A stretch of DNA of 61,445 nucleotides, counting the filler, from Choristocarpus tenellus KU-1152 (Eukaryota; Protista; Phaeophyceae): the NCBI GenBank assembly GCA_964200185.2. It is 9 parts of 9 records of this genome, joined end to end, with 100 filler letters (N's around TTAATTAATTAA, not from the genome) between each part and the next. Parts side by side here need not be neighbours in the genome. Positions count along the whole stretch, not along the records: positions 1 to 12,354 come from CAXNAD020001866.1; positions 12,455 to 18,941 come from CAXNAD020008026.1; 7 more parts are not named here. The stretch is one strand, 5' to 3'. This document shows, one piece after another, positions 1-12,809 of this stretch. The position numbers were made by a program, and so were the translations under genes. Within the stretch, counting starts at the first letter, position 1. Every line of letters starts with the position of its first letter. The notes under the pieces are model-generated. The model saw nothing but the letters and a program-made list of their open reading frames with translations, did not search any database and was not told the origin of the DNA.

Positions 1-3000
1 CCCCCCTCCCCCTGACACCTAACCCTACTGGAATGTACTAAACAAAAGATTGTCCCCCCCTCCCACCCCTCCCCATTCTTGTCCCTGTATGTATGTATGT
101 ATGTATGTATATATGTGCTTTGTGTGTGTGCACCTTTGTTGGGTACACACATGTCTGTTGGGACAGGTTATCTGATGGGAAAGAAGCCTGAGGAGTGCCC
201 GACCTTGTACATGCCACTCCACACCGCTATAAAGCTCACCCCAAAGGTGCTATTTGTAGCACCCCGTGGCATCTGTCCCTTCTTCTGTCACAGATAAATG
301 ATGTGCAAGCTATTGATACTATTGATACTATGTACTCTGAGCATTTTTATTCTTAGAAATGCAGTAGTTGGAAGCCGCAGAAATGTTGCCTGGCTCCTAA
401 AACGTAGTATCCGAAGTAGTTATTTCATTTTTGAGCATGTGTGACGTAGGGCAATAATACCTAGCAGTACAGAGCTTTCTTTTCAGTCCTTTTTGATCTA
501 CCCCAGGTTATTATTTTTTTTGTTATTGTTATTCCTGATTTTCACACCCCTTTGTTTTTTTTCTGTTTTGGTTTGAAACAAAATCGCAGCATTCAGTTTC
601 TCACCACTTCCCCGTTTGCCCTACTTCGTTCCCCTTCCCATCTGGCACCCCCACCCCACCTCACCCCATCCTGTGTGTGTATTGCATATTGCTGGTGTTC
701 TTTGCCCTTGTGTGTGTTTTTTTCTTTTTTGTATTGCTTGTGGAAGGCGTACCACTGTGATGAAGAATGGCATCAACCGCTTAAGGAATGTCCTAGTCCT
801 GCTTCTGATGAGAAGGGCCCTTCCAGTTACTAAGTACTGTCAAGTCCCCCAAATGCTATGGTTGCGGTCCTGTTGCTGTTGCATATGGTTGCATTTTTGG
901 GGTGGTGTGTTAGGAGGGAGCTTTTGTTGTACTAAGCAGTATTATGTTTTCATTTGAGTCGATGTATGTGTGTTTAGGTGTTTGGGGAGTGTTGACAACA
1001 AGGACAATAGACATTGATCAGTGGTAATACCAAGTTATGAGGCATGGAGGGGGGGAGGGGGTGCATGCAAGCAGGTGGTTATGTTACCCGATATATATAT
1101 ATATATTTATATATGCGTGTATAGTATGTTTGTGATGGTGCTGAGGCTGCTTTGATCGTTCTCATCAAGGTGTCTCTCATGGAGAGGATCTGGCTTGTAG
1201 TCATAGGTAGATTCGCCTCGGGTTCAAGGATGGTGGTATGAATAGTGGTTCCCTTGGACGCACTGCCTGTTGTTGTGACTGGGACAATAAAGCTGTTTTT
1301 ACTTTCAAAAAATCTGGATGTGATTAGAGTAGCACACATACTCTCTTGAGTAAGCATTGCCCCCCTCCCCCCCTTTTTCTGCTTTTGATGATGTAGTCGC
1401 AAAGTGGTGTATGTATTGACTAACTTTGTGATACAGTATCTCACTTCTCTTGTGTGCCTTGGTTATCGTGTGGAATTATGAGTTCGTTCTCAATGAGTGC
1501 TAGTGTATCTCTTCTGGTCAAAACTTCAAATTGGGGGTATTTTTTTGTGTATGGTCTCTCTCTCTCTCCCTCTTGTGTAAACAAGTGTTTTTTTTCATTC
1601 TTTTGCTGTTGTTTCAAGTAGTCTGGTTGGGGGTTGTAGTATGTATGATGGGATTTTTGTGGGGATGTATTATTGAGAAGCAGGACTCCAGGTGCGCGCT
1701 TTTAAATGAACATTGTCGGTGGGAGACTGGCAAGATGTGACAGTTACAATACCTTATTTGAACATTTGATTGGGATCCTCGACAAAGATGAGGGGGCCGT
1801 TAAGAACAAGAGCTAATTTGTTTTTCAGTTTATAGCCACAGTACAAGTTGTGGAAGGAGTGTTTTTGCTTTGAAGGTTGTTGGAGTGAGTCTGTTTGAAT
1901 GGGATAAGAGTGCAGACATGAATGATCTTCACCGGAGGCTGGGGTGGTTGTTGTTGGCAAAGTCTTTTTTTTTTTGTCGGGGATTTTAGAAGAGTATACG
2001 CTCGAATATTTAGTAGGGTGTGTTTGAATTGTGTGTTTGTGTGTGTTTGTAGGGTCTTTCTGTTTTTAGCTAATTGTACGCACATCAGTGAACACCCGCG
2101 CGTTGTTGTGTCGAGTTAGGCAAGTGAGGCCGTTGCAGTTTGCTGACGCATGAGGCTCTTGCTTTCCTTTGTATTGCTGGGCTCAGTGCGTTGCCGTGTA
2201 GCAGCGGGATTGAGAGGTGTCCTAGTGTGTTGATGGGGATTTCCGTTGCTGTGCTCTGGATTCAAGTTTGCAGAGGTGTCTTGGGGGCGTGGGTGACGGA
2301 GTGACCGAGCCTAGCCATGTAGATTTGAAGCTTTTTCCCATGGGTGTGACTACCATAGAGAGATGAGACGGATAAAGAAGGTATCATTTGCACTCTTTTT
2401 GTTAGGCTAGGTGGGCTGGTACAGCTTGTTGTGATGTGGTGTGATGTGTTAGGAGGTGTAGTGTGGGTGGTACATGACATTTTCCCTTTATCATCAACTG
2501 CAGCAATTGCTAAACAACTTTTCGTGTGTGGGGGTGGGATGCCTTAGAAGGGCACAAGAATATTCTTTTTTAGTATTATTTTGGTCTGTGACGTGTGACG
2601 GTATGTGGTTTGGTGGCTGTCCCCTTGCACAGTGCTATGCACTGCTAGTAGAGTCAGTACATGTACAATCGGTTGGTACAGTGGGGTCAATAAATAGTCA
2701 GGTAGCAATTAAACTGGAGGGCTGGTTGAGTGAGATATATGCGGGGGAATGGAACCAACCCTGCTACATGTTTCACTGTGCTTTTAGGGTACGTGCTTGT
2801 GGCGTGTTATACATATGCGTTGGTGTACCATGCAGTCCTGTGTTTCTGCAGTTGCACGTAGGTGGTCTCTGTGTAGGTTTATGGTGAATGAGGAAGAGGA
2901 GGAGGTGGAAGGGGGGAGGTAGAAGAGCAACAAGTCACTACTTTTTTGTTCTTCCCTCTCTTCAAGGTGTTCGGTTTTTGTGTGGAAATACGATAGCAAC

Positions 3001-5555
3001 ACAATACTTTTATGTGATGTGTGTATGACAACACCCATTCCGTTCATGTTCCTCACAAGTTCAAACGCCATCTATTGTGCTTCTGGTATTTCCGTTCATT
3101 GGTGATGGTATCATACAAGAGAGTTGAGTAGTAGTGGTGGGAGAATGGTCCGTTTGGGTTAGGGTTATACTTTGAACGTGCTTTGGTCAAAGGATTAAAA
3201 AAATGCGGTACATTGATGCTATTTGTCATCTCACTAAAACACCTAAGAAAGTAGGTTGTGAGTCTGAAAGGAGCAACCCATGCAAGAGCATTGGCGGAAC
3301 ATAACTTATCTGAGCACACAGTGCAAGTGAGAGAGGAAAAACGCGTATGTAGGTATTGTAGAAGAGTGTCATCAATTTAGAAGCCTCTACTGAAAAAAAA
3401 AAATACATCGTAGCCTACAATTGTAGCTGAAAGGGCAATATCATCTCTGTCGTAATTTCACTAAAAACGTAGTTTTGATTTGTGTATACCCCTGTTTTCT
3501 CCTTTGTCCTGGTCACACTTCACCATGGAGTCAATCCAAGGCATATTGGGTGGGTGGGAAAGATTGCCCTGTGACTGAGTACGACTGGTTGGCTCAATGT
3601 GATCTTGATGCAATGCTATTGGTTAGCTTATTTACCTGTATTTCTTGTATTGATGCTCATGTTGATGTAGGGAAAGCATGAGGCAGTGGTGGCAGGGGTG
3701 GAGGTGGGGTCATCTCTCCAACCATATGTTATATTCAGCAACATATTTATTAAAGCAAAAATATTGCTGGTTGCGCTCTGCACATGCTACAATGACTTGT
3801 GAAAGACCCTTGGGAAGGCGTGAGATACTTCAGAGCATGAGCACTCAATCAACTGTGTCGCTTCGTTGAGTGGGAGATGAGGATGGCTCTGTTCGAGTAC
3901 AACATTTCTGTGGTACCCCTCTTATTCACTATGTACTTGTGTTGTATCTCTGTGCGTTTAGTGAACTGGATCACCGGTTTGTGGGATGCAACTTTAACTT
4001 CTTACTTCTTGCAAGTCGTACACGGACACTATGTTAAAAACGTTGTATACAGTACATGAAATTCTTCTAACCCTAAGTAGGAAAAAAAAGTATGGGTCAA
4101 ATGTCAACTTGGGGTTGCGTGGTGTGCTTTCTTTGCTCAGTGGTGAGTGTATGGAGTTCCGATCAATCATAGTCCGGAGTACATGGTTGCATCATCCTCA
4201 CAGATGATTTTAGTGAACATGAAACATACCAAGAATACCTGCACTGTTCACTCTGCCAGAGAATTACTCTTTCCATATCGGCTGAGACCCAGTACTTGAA
4301 GTGGTAGTGGAATGGGGGGGGACAGGCATACCCTGCTAGTACTACCTATTTTTGAGATGGTAGACCTGTGGGTAACTGAAGAGTAGCTGGTATTAGAATG
4401 ACTGCCCTGTAGTGATGAGGTATCTTCCTTCCTAACTAACCCAAGTTTCCACTCCAAGGCAGAACAGGCACGTTCATGTACACACAAACATAACCCAGAG
4501 AGAGTTCCAAACAGGAGGAACGGTATAGGAAAGCAGTCTTGTGTAATCCCATTTTTGAAGAGTATTAACTTTTTTCCTGTTGTATTTGTCAGTGATGGCA
4601 ACTAAAGTGAGACTTGATATACCAGAGCAATGATTGACATGCAGGACTCACTCTTGAAAATGGTAGCAAAAAAGTCTATTGGAGTAGAAAGGGATGCCAG
4701 TGTAGAGTATTTGTGATAGATATGATTCAACAAGTTCCCACTGATGATATAACGTGCACCTTGTCATGGCTAACAAATACTATGGACCATACCGCAAGCT
4801 CATTGTCAATGACTTTGATCCAACCATAATATATTATTGCTCTGAATGAGTGATTGATTGTTCACAGAGGTAGTCATATATTAAATATTAAATTGCAGGA
4901 GCAGCTGCTGCTGCTGATCCTCATCCTTGTGTTGTCATATTCTGGTCCCTTGTTTTACTACTCCTGGTAGTATTGGCTAAAGTCTCTTAGAGTAGAACGG
5001 AAAATGGTGATTGCATGGTGGGGCAACAATATAATTAGAATCTCTATTATTTCTTCAGTCAAGAAGTGTTTATGAAATTGCCTTGATCAAAAATGCACAT
5101 ATACATACACAGCAACAACAACTTCCAGGCAGAAATAGTGAATGTCATAAATTTTCACAAGCAAAGAGAATTCTGAAAAGTCAAGTCGTTCTCGCTGGCA
5201 TTACCCTGTAACTACTGGATGACTGTGTCAAAGTGCTAGCACTTGCAAAGTGCCAACACAGTACATTTCATGTCCAGTTGACACCATCCTTCAAAAGGGG
5301 CAAAAGGCATACCATACTGTACAAGAGTTTTTACAAAATTGCCAAAAAACACACCAAGCCATGTACAGCATGTAGATCATGCTGTTCTGTGAACACATGA
5401 ACAATCTGTGGCAGGTGGGCAGGGAGTGGGGTAGGGCAACTTTTGAGCAATTACACCTTCACCAAGATCCATCCATGTATCTTCCAATTTCTCGTATCTT
5501 GCTCTGGCCCAGCACACTGTGTGTGAAGGTGGAAACATCAGATCATCGAGTTTCG

Positions 5556-7867
5556 TCAAGTTGCCCCTGCTGGCTGCCACCGCTGTATGACTATAGCAAG
5601 GAATTCCCGATCTGTTTGAAATGAAGCAGGGAAGTGGTAGGGAGGCTGTGTCTGTTGGATGTTTTTGCAACCCACTGATCAACCACTACATACTTGGGAG
5701 TACAATAGCTAAACTTGAAACATCATGGGACAGAACTTAGAGCGCTCTATGTATGATAAACAAGTTAGGAAAAACAAGTTATGTGACCAACAACATAGTA
5801 AGGGGTGTCCTACTCCCATATGGGAATCTGCTGAAGGTGAAATATTGCGAAAACGATATGTGACTGCATCTCTGATAAATGCGGTGCCGACAAATCTAGT
5901 TACTTGGTGTTTGCCTCCGTGAAGAGTGAGGCCCTTGTCAAAACTGTATGAATCAAAAATTTCACAGTGGTCACAACGGTGTGAAGGAACCATGGTCGAT
6001 AAACCATGTGCTGTATGTACCAATCAAAAGAATATTCACACCCCCTGTGTCCTATTGAGTTGATTTGATTTATTCCCCCTGCAACCTCTGTTACTTGTTG
6101 TACAAGTACAGCGTCTTTACTCTTCTTGGCATGACTCCAAGCTCACATTGAAATTGTGACCCATGTGCTGGGCAGTTTTACCGTAACTACAGTTCTGTAC
6201 TTTCTATGTCGCTCTCTTGTGCACATAAGGTAATGGAACAGGGTGTATTGTAAGTGTAAGAAAAATGTTTTCTAATGCAAAAGGGCCAACACCTTCTACC
6301 TCTCAATTTCTATTTCTCATTTGGATTCATTGTGTTGTATATACATATCTACACAGCTGCTTTATAGGCATCGTTAATCTCCAAGGCAAAAGAGTGGCAT
6401 AGGTGTGGACTTCGTGGGGAGAGAGAGGATCTCTTTGTTGTACAGGGCATTAATTACAGCTTGAGTGAGTCCCTCCTGGGTCAAAGTTACTTAGAGGGTA
6501 GAGCCGCATCCTTTTAAGGCCAAAATCCAATGTTGTGTTTTTGGTGTAATTTTGGCTATCGTGTTTGTTAGGAAGTGTCAATATCCTTGTTCTGGACACA
6601 CCTTTGCCTAACTTATACATTTTACCTACTCCGAAACATTTCGGGGTAGGAAAATGTCATGAAAATCTCCTGGGAAGCCAAGCCCCAAACGGTCAAACAG
6701 GGCAAAACTCGTACCCTCTAAGATACTTTCACTCTTCTCCGCTGCATTGTATGGGGACCAGTGATGACATTATACCTGCCAAGAGTATACCCTTACAATA
6801 TTCCTACTTCAAAATATTGAATGCTGTTGACGACATACTAGCACACCAATTTTCCATTTATGCTGACTGTAATATTGAGGTATAAGCTCTCTCTTCTTTT
6901 GCAAGTATTGGCCAGGCCATGTACTAAAGGCATACATTTCACGCATCTTCGACGGTCCATTATCCTCAACGTGCACTACCAACCAATAACTCCAACTGGC
7001 AGTATTGGTCCCTGTAACTTGACTCGAAAAATGTAGCCAGGAGAGCCAGTCCTCACCGAATGCGACCATGACCTCATGCCGCTTGGCCCTTATACGCATG
7101 TACTTCATCTCCCCTTTAGGATTGAGATCTCTCACTACCCCCCGCGCTTTGAAGGCAAGATGGCGCATTGCCTCAGCGTAAATTTCAGCAGTCTCCTGGG
7201 ACATGGTCGGGAATCTTCGAAGAACCTGACCTCCACAGTCGAAACAATTCGAAGATGGAAGGAGCAGTAGGGGGATAAATAACCTTAGATACTCTTCAGG
7301 GACGTGGAAATACTCGATATGATCATAGACATTATTGGGTTATTTCATGACACAGACACTGAAATGGTTTGGATGACCACAGCTATCAGTCAACACCTGG
7401 TGCAACGACCCCTCTGTGCTGTGGTTCTGCTATGGGCGGAAGTATAAACGAATATCCACTGTGGGGGCATATAGAAGGTATATATCAACTTTGCTTTGAT
7501 ATCTTCCCGATCGCACACCTGACCCCCCATGTCGCAGATGACGTACCCTTCTACACCCGGTTGAACTTTGATCCTCTCAAGTGTCTCCTCTACCTCGGAC
7601 TGAGGTGCATTGCGCATGGGGCATTAGATCTTGCATTTCTCCAGTATGAAGGTATCCGTTGCAAACAGCCGTTCAAGGAGCGGCTACTGGTAAAAAAATC
7701 CCTACCACTAATGCATATCTATGTTGAGGGTCTTCTTTGGTGGTATCCTGTGTTGATGATATCGAGAAGTGGCCCATATGGGTCAGTACATAACCTAATT
7801 CTTGATTCGAACAGAGGAGAAGAGAAGTATCACAACCCCACCAGATTCTACTCAAATCGCTTACCAT
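5556..7867 (-). CDS. DYNLRB: Dynein light chain roadblock/LC7, complete 4-exon gene (102 aa)
   Basis: Exons 7867-7865 (ATG only, then GTAAG), 7599-7519, 7225-7057, 5611-5556; all introns GT-AG and phases fit (309 nt). Protein MSEVEETLERIKVQPGVEGYVICDMGGQVLRRFPTMSQETAEIYAEAMRHLAFKARGVVRDLNPKGEMKYMRIRAKRHEVMVAFDREFLAIVIQRWQPAGAT matches the roadblock consensus. Confidence 0.95.
6478..6734 (-). mobile_element. MITE family A (~258 bp), in roadblock intron 3
   Basis: TIR G(A/G)G..AAAGTATCTTAGAGGGTA; internal CCTACTCCGAAA..TTTCGG.GTAGG hairpin; flanks TCCT/TTCT. Confidence 0.9.
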
Positions 7868-8193
7868 GATGGGCTAACCCGTTTTTCTCGCTAGAGATAG
7901 GTTTGCAGGCAGGGTCCACGCACTCTTCGATTCTTCTAACCACTTTCAAGCAAATGATTTCACTTTTTGAAGAAAAACTGTTTCGTTTGCGATGTCGGTT
8001 ACCGGCTCTGTACATAATTAGACGTTAACAGCTCTTTATCTAGTTGACCAATCAGGAATGAACATGAGTGGGAGAGAGGTTGTGTTGTTCAAAGGGGGTG
8101 GAGGAAGGTACATATAGGAGGAGAGGGCGAACATTTATTTGGAAGGCAGACTCTGCACTAGTCCAGGCCCTTGAGGGGACGGACGTCGAAACC
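7868..8193. promoter_or_regulatory. Probable bidirectional promoter between roadblock (-) and Sec61 alpha (+)
   Basis: The two start codons are divergent and only 326 bp apart. Inferred from arrangement only; no specific motif identified. Confidence 0.55.
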
Positions 8194-11100
8194 ATGAGGT
8201 TTCTCCACCTTATCCGACCGGTAATGTGTGTACTCCCTGAAGTGGCACAACCGGACCGTAAGGTAGGTTGTGCGGTGGCGAGCAGCCGTCGTCCCATTGT
8301 AGTCACTGTTGGGGGTGGGAAAATGATGGTTGAGAGGGGATGGTAACTGTCACCCCTTCATCATATTCGGTTGGAATATTGAAGTTGTATGGTGTGCGAT
8401 ACCTTCCGTGGCATTCCCCGTGTCTCTCCTAACTGTGGGACAGTCATCGTGGTGTTCAACCGATACACCTGTCAGAAAGCCAGTTCATTGGTCATATTTA
8501 GAGGATCTCGCCCGTCGATGGATTTCGCCATCGACATTATGGGTTTATATTACTATCGAGTCGTCGTCTTGGAAGCGAACAATGCATATGCAGTTGGTCT
8601 GGGTTGCGTCCCAGGCCCAAAGGACCTTACCCAAACCCACTTCTCCAATTTCTGAAACGAAGAAAAAATTATGTTTGTTGACGCTGCCTTCACTACCCAC
8701 TCTTATCTGTACTTCATATCACAGATTCCTTTTAGGGAGAAGGTGCTCTGGACAGTTATTACCTTGTTTATTTTTCTGGTATGCTGCCAAATACCTATCT
8801 ATGGTGTACAGTCTGCCAAGTCGTCTGATCCCTTCTACTGGATGCGAGTCATCCTTGCATCCAACCGGGGGACACTCATGGAGCTTGGTAAGCCTTCTGA
8901 CCGCTGCGTGACCACTGTAATTGTTGTCATGACCGTGCAACTCTCCCAGAATAGCCAGGGAGGGTAAGAGGCCATTTCTGTCCGTACCACTGTCCATCGC
9001 CTTTCCTTTTTTTGAAACCATACCTGTAGTTTTTGTCGAGATTTGTTACCATGGTGTCGTTGCCTCGAGAGGACCTTATTTTTTTTATTGCAGCCTACAC
9101 CAAGCATGCACAAAGCGAGACAATATGTGTTGATCTGGCTAACTTTATTATGATCAGTTGGGTTTCGTGAGAACCCCTTCAAAACCGGACATTATGCTTT
9201 AGAATTGTGTAGTATCTGATATCGCAATGTTAGAGCCCCTCTCTATATTTTTCAGGGGGAGATTCAGGCTCCCTTTTTTTCCCAAGCAGAGACCGAAAAT
9301 AGCCTTACCCCTGTTTTCTCTCTTCACGCGACAGTGTTGTTTACTCTGCGTTTTTCTATTTCTTTGCTATCAGTGCTATGGATTGATCATTTACCTTCCC
9401 CTTCCCCCCTTCATGTGATCCAGTGCACCCCTTAAAGCTATAGATCCATTGCTTTCTTGTGCCTTCATGATCCTTGATCATCAAGATCCCTCTTGTTCCT
9501 CTTTTTTTTTCTGGTGTATTTTCCTCCGCTGCCACCACCATCATGCCTTTCGCTGGCTCATTTTTCGCTACATTTGTGGTCCTTGACAGGTATTTCTCCA
9601 ATCGTGACTTCGTCGTTAGTTATGCAACTTCTAGCAGGGTCTAGGATCATAGAGGTAAACCAGTCAATCAAGGAGGATAGGGCACTCTTCAGCGGGGCAC
9701 AGAAGGTGGGTTGTTTCTTCTGTTGCTATGCCGGAGCCCCTTTCATGCCCTAAACCCCTTTTACAGGGAAATATAGATCAGTGGTGGGAGGGTAAGAGGG
9801 GAGGAGTTTTGGTGGCATGTTAAGAGTGAGGCCCGTCATGTTGCTTCTGGAAAAATTTCTATATGTTGTTCTCTCTGGAGGGCAATGTTTTAGGGGATCA
9901 CCTCCCTTTGTATATAAATCCGACTTAGGTGGTTTTAGACAAGGTGCAGATCCTCAATAAAGAGAAGGGAACAACGAAATTTTCTTGCTTGTTTGTTCTC
10001 ACTCTTGAGGGTCAGAAGACGCCCAACTTCTGTCAACTTAGGGTTAGGGGTGTGTGAAAAACAGTATGACTTGATATCTGCTGGTAGAAGTGTAAATAGT
10101 TTGACATAAACAGTCAATAGTTTCTTATGTGGTCACATGGCATATTGGACTAAACTGCAACCCTAGTTTGACCACTAGTCACCCATCCTGTTCCTTCATC
10201 TCTTGCAGCTGTTTGGTATCCTGATCACCATTGGGGAGGCGGTGGCATACGTTGTTTCGGGGATGTATGGTGACCTGAGCACTCTTGGGGCTGGTAATGC
10301 CATTTTGATCATCCTCCAGCTGTTCTTTGCAGGACTGATTGTGATAATCCTTGATGAGCTGCTGCAGAAGGGGTGGGTCTGGTTGGGCCGGTACTTTGGA
10401 TTTTTGGTACTGTGAGAGTGGCATTTTATTCACTGGAGCTGACAAAAGTGTGGCTGCTTGCTTGACTTTTGGTCTGTGAGCATAGTGTGGAACAGGGGTC
10501 TCGGTTGTGTGCCAAAGAGACTGGTCAGCTGCAATCTTGTGTGTGTGGGTATTGTTGAATGTGTCTTTTTTTGGTCCTCAAAAGAGCAGCTATGAACATA
10601 TATGAACATACACACAATTGATGAATTCGTAACTTCCTGACTTTAACATCCCTCCAAACTTCCTCGACTCTCATTTTCTGCCATCCTATTTGTTGCCCTC
10701 TGCTTGCTGCCCCTCCCCCTTCCAATCTACTCTGTTGATACTAGGTATGGACTGGGGTCTGGTATTTCTCTTTTCATTGCGACAAACATATGTGAGACCA
10801 TCATTTGGAAGGCGTTTTCACCAACAACTATCAATACCGGCAGGGGTACAGAGTTTGAAGGGGCAATTATTGCACTGTTCCACCTTATGATCACCCGCCC
10901 AGATAAGGTATGGAATGTGTACACATATTATTGGCAAGTTTTGTACCTTGCCTACCGCCTCCTCCCCTTGATTCTCACTCCCTCCTCTGCCCTTCTTTAG
11001 TTTTAATGCATGGAGTTCACGTGTTTTATCTCATTTTTTTTACTGTGCATGATGATTTTTAGGGGGTTCCACCTACCTAGTTTTTTTGAAAATCCAGTGA

Positions 11101-11896
11101 TCATTGCAGTCAAGCACTCATGAACCTTTTTCTTTTTCTTTTTCTTTTCACATGTTGCAGTAAAACCTCTGTACACCAGTGCATGCAACTATTGAAGGTA
11201 TAGTTATTACAGGGAAGTGTCCTTCAATTTTTTTACACTCAAGGGCTATATTCTTGGCACAGAAAGAACAAGTACATTTGAAACCATTTGTGATGTAACA
11301 TACAGTCTCCTCATGAAATCCCTCGGTAAGGTGAGCCTCGTACTATTTTTATCAATACAAATAAGCTCATTACACCTGTGTCTTCCCCCCCCCCCAACTC
11401 ATCTCCTGAGACCCGATCTGAATCTGAATGCTTTTCTTAGCAGCGTACAGTCTTACAGTTGCCTCCTTGTTTAAACACGGTGCTTGATCATTTCTAGTCC
11501 ATCAAGTGTGGGTTCTTTATAACACAACAAAGAAGGCTCGAGATAGTGATACCAATGCGATATTTGATGCTTCATCCGTAAGAGGTCACGAAATCAGATA
11601 CCAGTATGTAAGTGCGGACTGGAAGTAGATCTGAGGGGGGAAAAGGGTCAAATTGAACATTTCTTAGTTGATTGTATCTTGTTGAAATGCTAAGTGTTTC
11701 GATACTGTGGTATTATTTGTTTATTTGTTTTTTAACACTTTCTAACTATCATGTTATGTAATCTCCAACCCGTTAGATGCGAGCGCTGAAGGAGGCGTTC
11801 TATCGCCAGAATCTGCCGAACATTACCAACCTGCTGGCAACGGCGCTGGTATTCATCGTTGTTGTGTACTTCCAGGGATGGCGAGTTGACCTACCA
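8194..11896 (+). CDS. SEC61A: Protein translocon subunit Sec61 alpha, 5' part (6 exons; runs off the contig at 12354)
   Basis: Exons 8194-8262, 8725-8887, 9590-9705, 10209-10372, 10745-10907, 11777-11896. Diagnostic peptides: [96 protein letters not shown]. Confidence 0.97.
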
Positions 11897-12354
11897 GTGA
11901 GTTTATTGTTTATTGTTTCAGTATGTTGCACTCTTTTGTGTAAGTGAACTACAGGCAGTAAAACTACTATGCATGTGTGTGTGGGGGGGGAGGGAATGGA
12001 GAGGTGCATGCAGCACTCTTATATGTACAGGTATGTACACTTCTTTTAGATGGATCAGGTGTGTATGTGGGATAAACATTGATGCAGTAGGTTGTTAAGT
12101 GCTGGCTGGTATGGTTCTGAGGAGCGTTGAGTATGTTTCATCCGTGCCATTTTTTACTTTTGTGTTTTGATGTTGAAGTCGTGAGAAGAGACACGAGAAC
12201 TCCCCCATGATTTTCCTTCTGCTGTTGGGTTTTGCTTACTGCCTGTTTAGGCTTTTCTTTACAAATACCACGGCTTTGACACTGTGTAAATTCACTCTAA
12301 TCCTGCCGCTGCATCTATTGGATGACATGCTATTCCCCCCCCCCCCCCCCCCCC

Positions 12355-12454
12355 NNNNNNNNNNNNNNNNNNNNNNNNNNNNNNNNNNNNNNNNNNNNTT
12401 AATTAATTAANNNNNNNNNNNNNNNNNNNNNNNNNNNNNNNNNNNNNNNNNNNN
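12355..12454. other. Artificial contig spacer N44-TTAATTAATTAA-N44 (also 18942-19041, 28720-28819, 32012-32111, 35764-35863, 44257-44356, 48142-48241, 51893-51992)
   Basis: Identical 100-bp layout eight times; the 12-mer puts stops in all six frames. Confidence 0.98.
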
Positions 12455-12809
12455 GGGGGGGGGGGGACATGGTAGACACGTTAGTGTTCACTTACGCAAA
12501 GAAGCAGCTGTCCTTGGTACTCATCATTGGTCAACAGAGTATTGGTGTTGTACTAGGTACATGTGGTAAGGGCAGGATGTGCAGTAAATGGAAAACGAAG
12601 ATCTAATGTTGTAAATATCAACACTGCCCAAGCCAGTCATGGACCACCTTTTGTGAGTAGGAATTGTGTGCTTGTGCTGGTGTGTCCAACTCAATTGTTT
12701 CATACGTGCTTTTCCCCCCTGCTCACCAACCCTCTCCCTGCCCCATATACATACCCTCATTTTCTTTCCACCCTCTGCTTTCTTGTGGTGCTGCTGAATC
12801 AATGTTCAG

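Noticed and set aside
1-5000. Scattered exon-like segments on the plus strand (about 168-247, 747-835, 1125-1170)
   Set aside because: Could not be joined into a consistent frame or matched to a family; left unannotated.
12399-12410. Recurrent TTAATTAATTAA palindrome between N runs
   Set aside because: Artificial six-frame-stop linker. It also means that apparent clustering of Sec61, the proteasome subunit and UFD1 (an ERAD-like set) across spacers is not evidence of a gene cluster.
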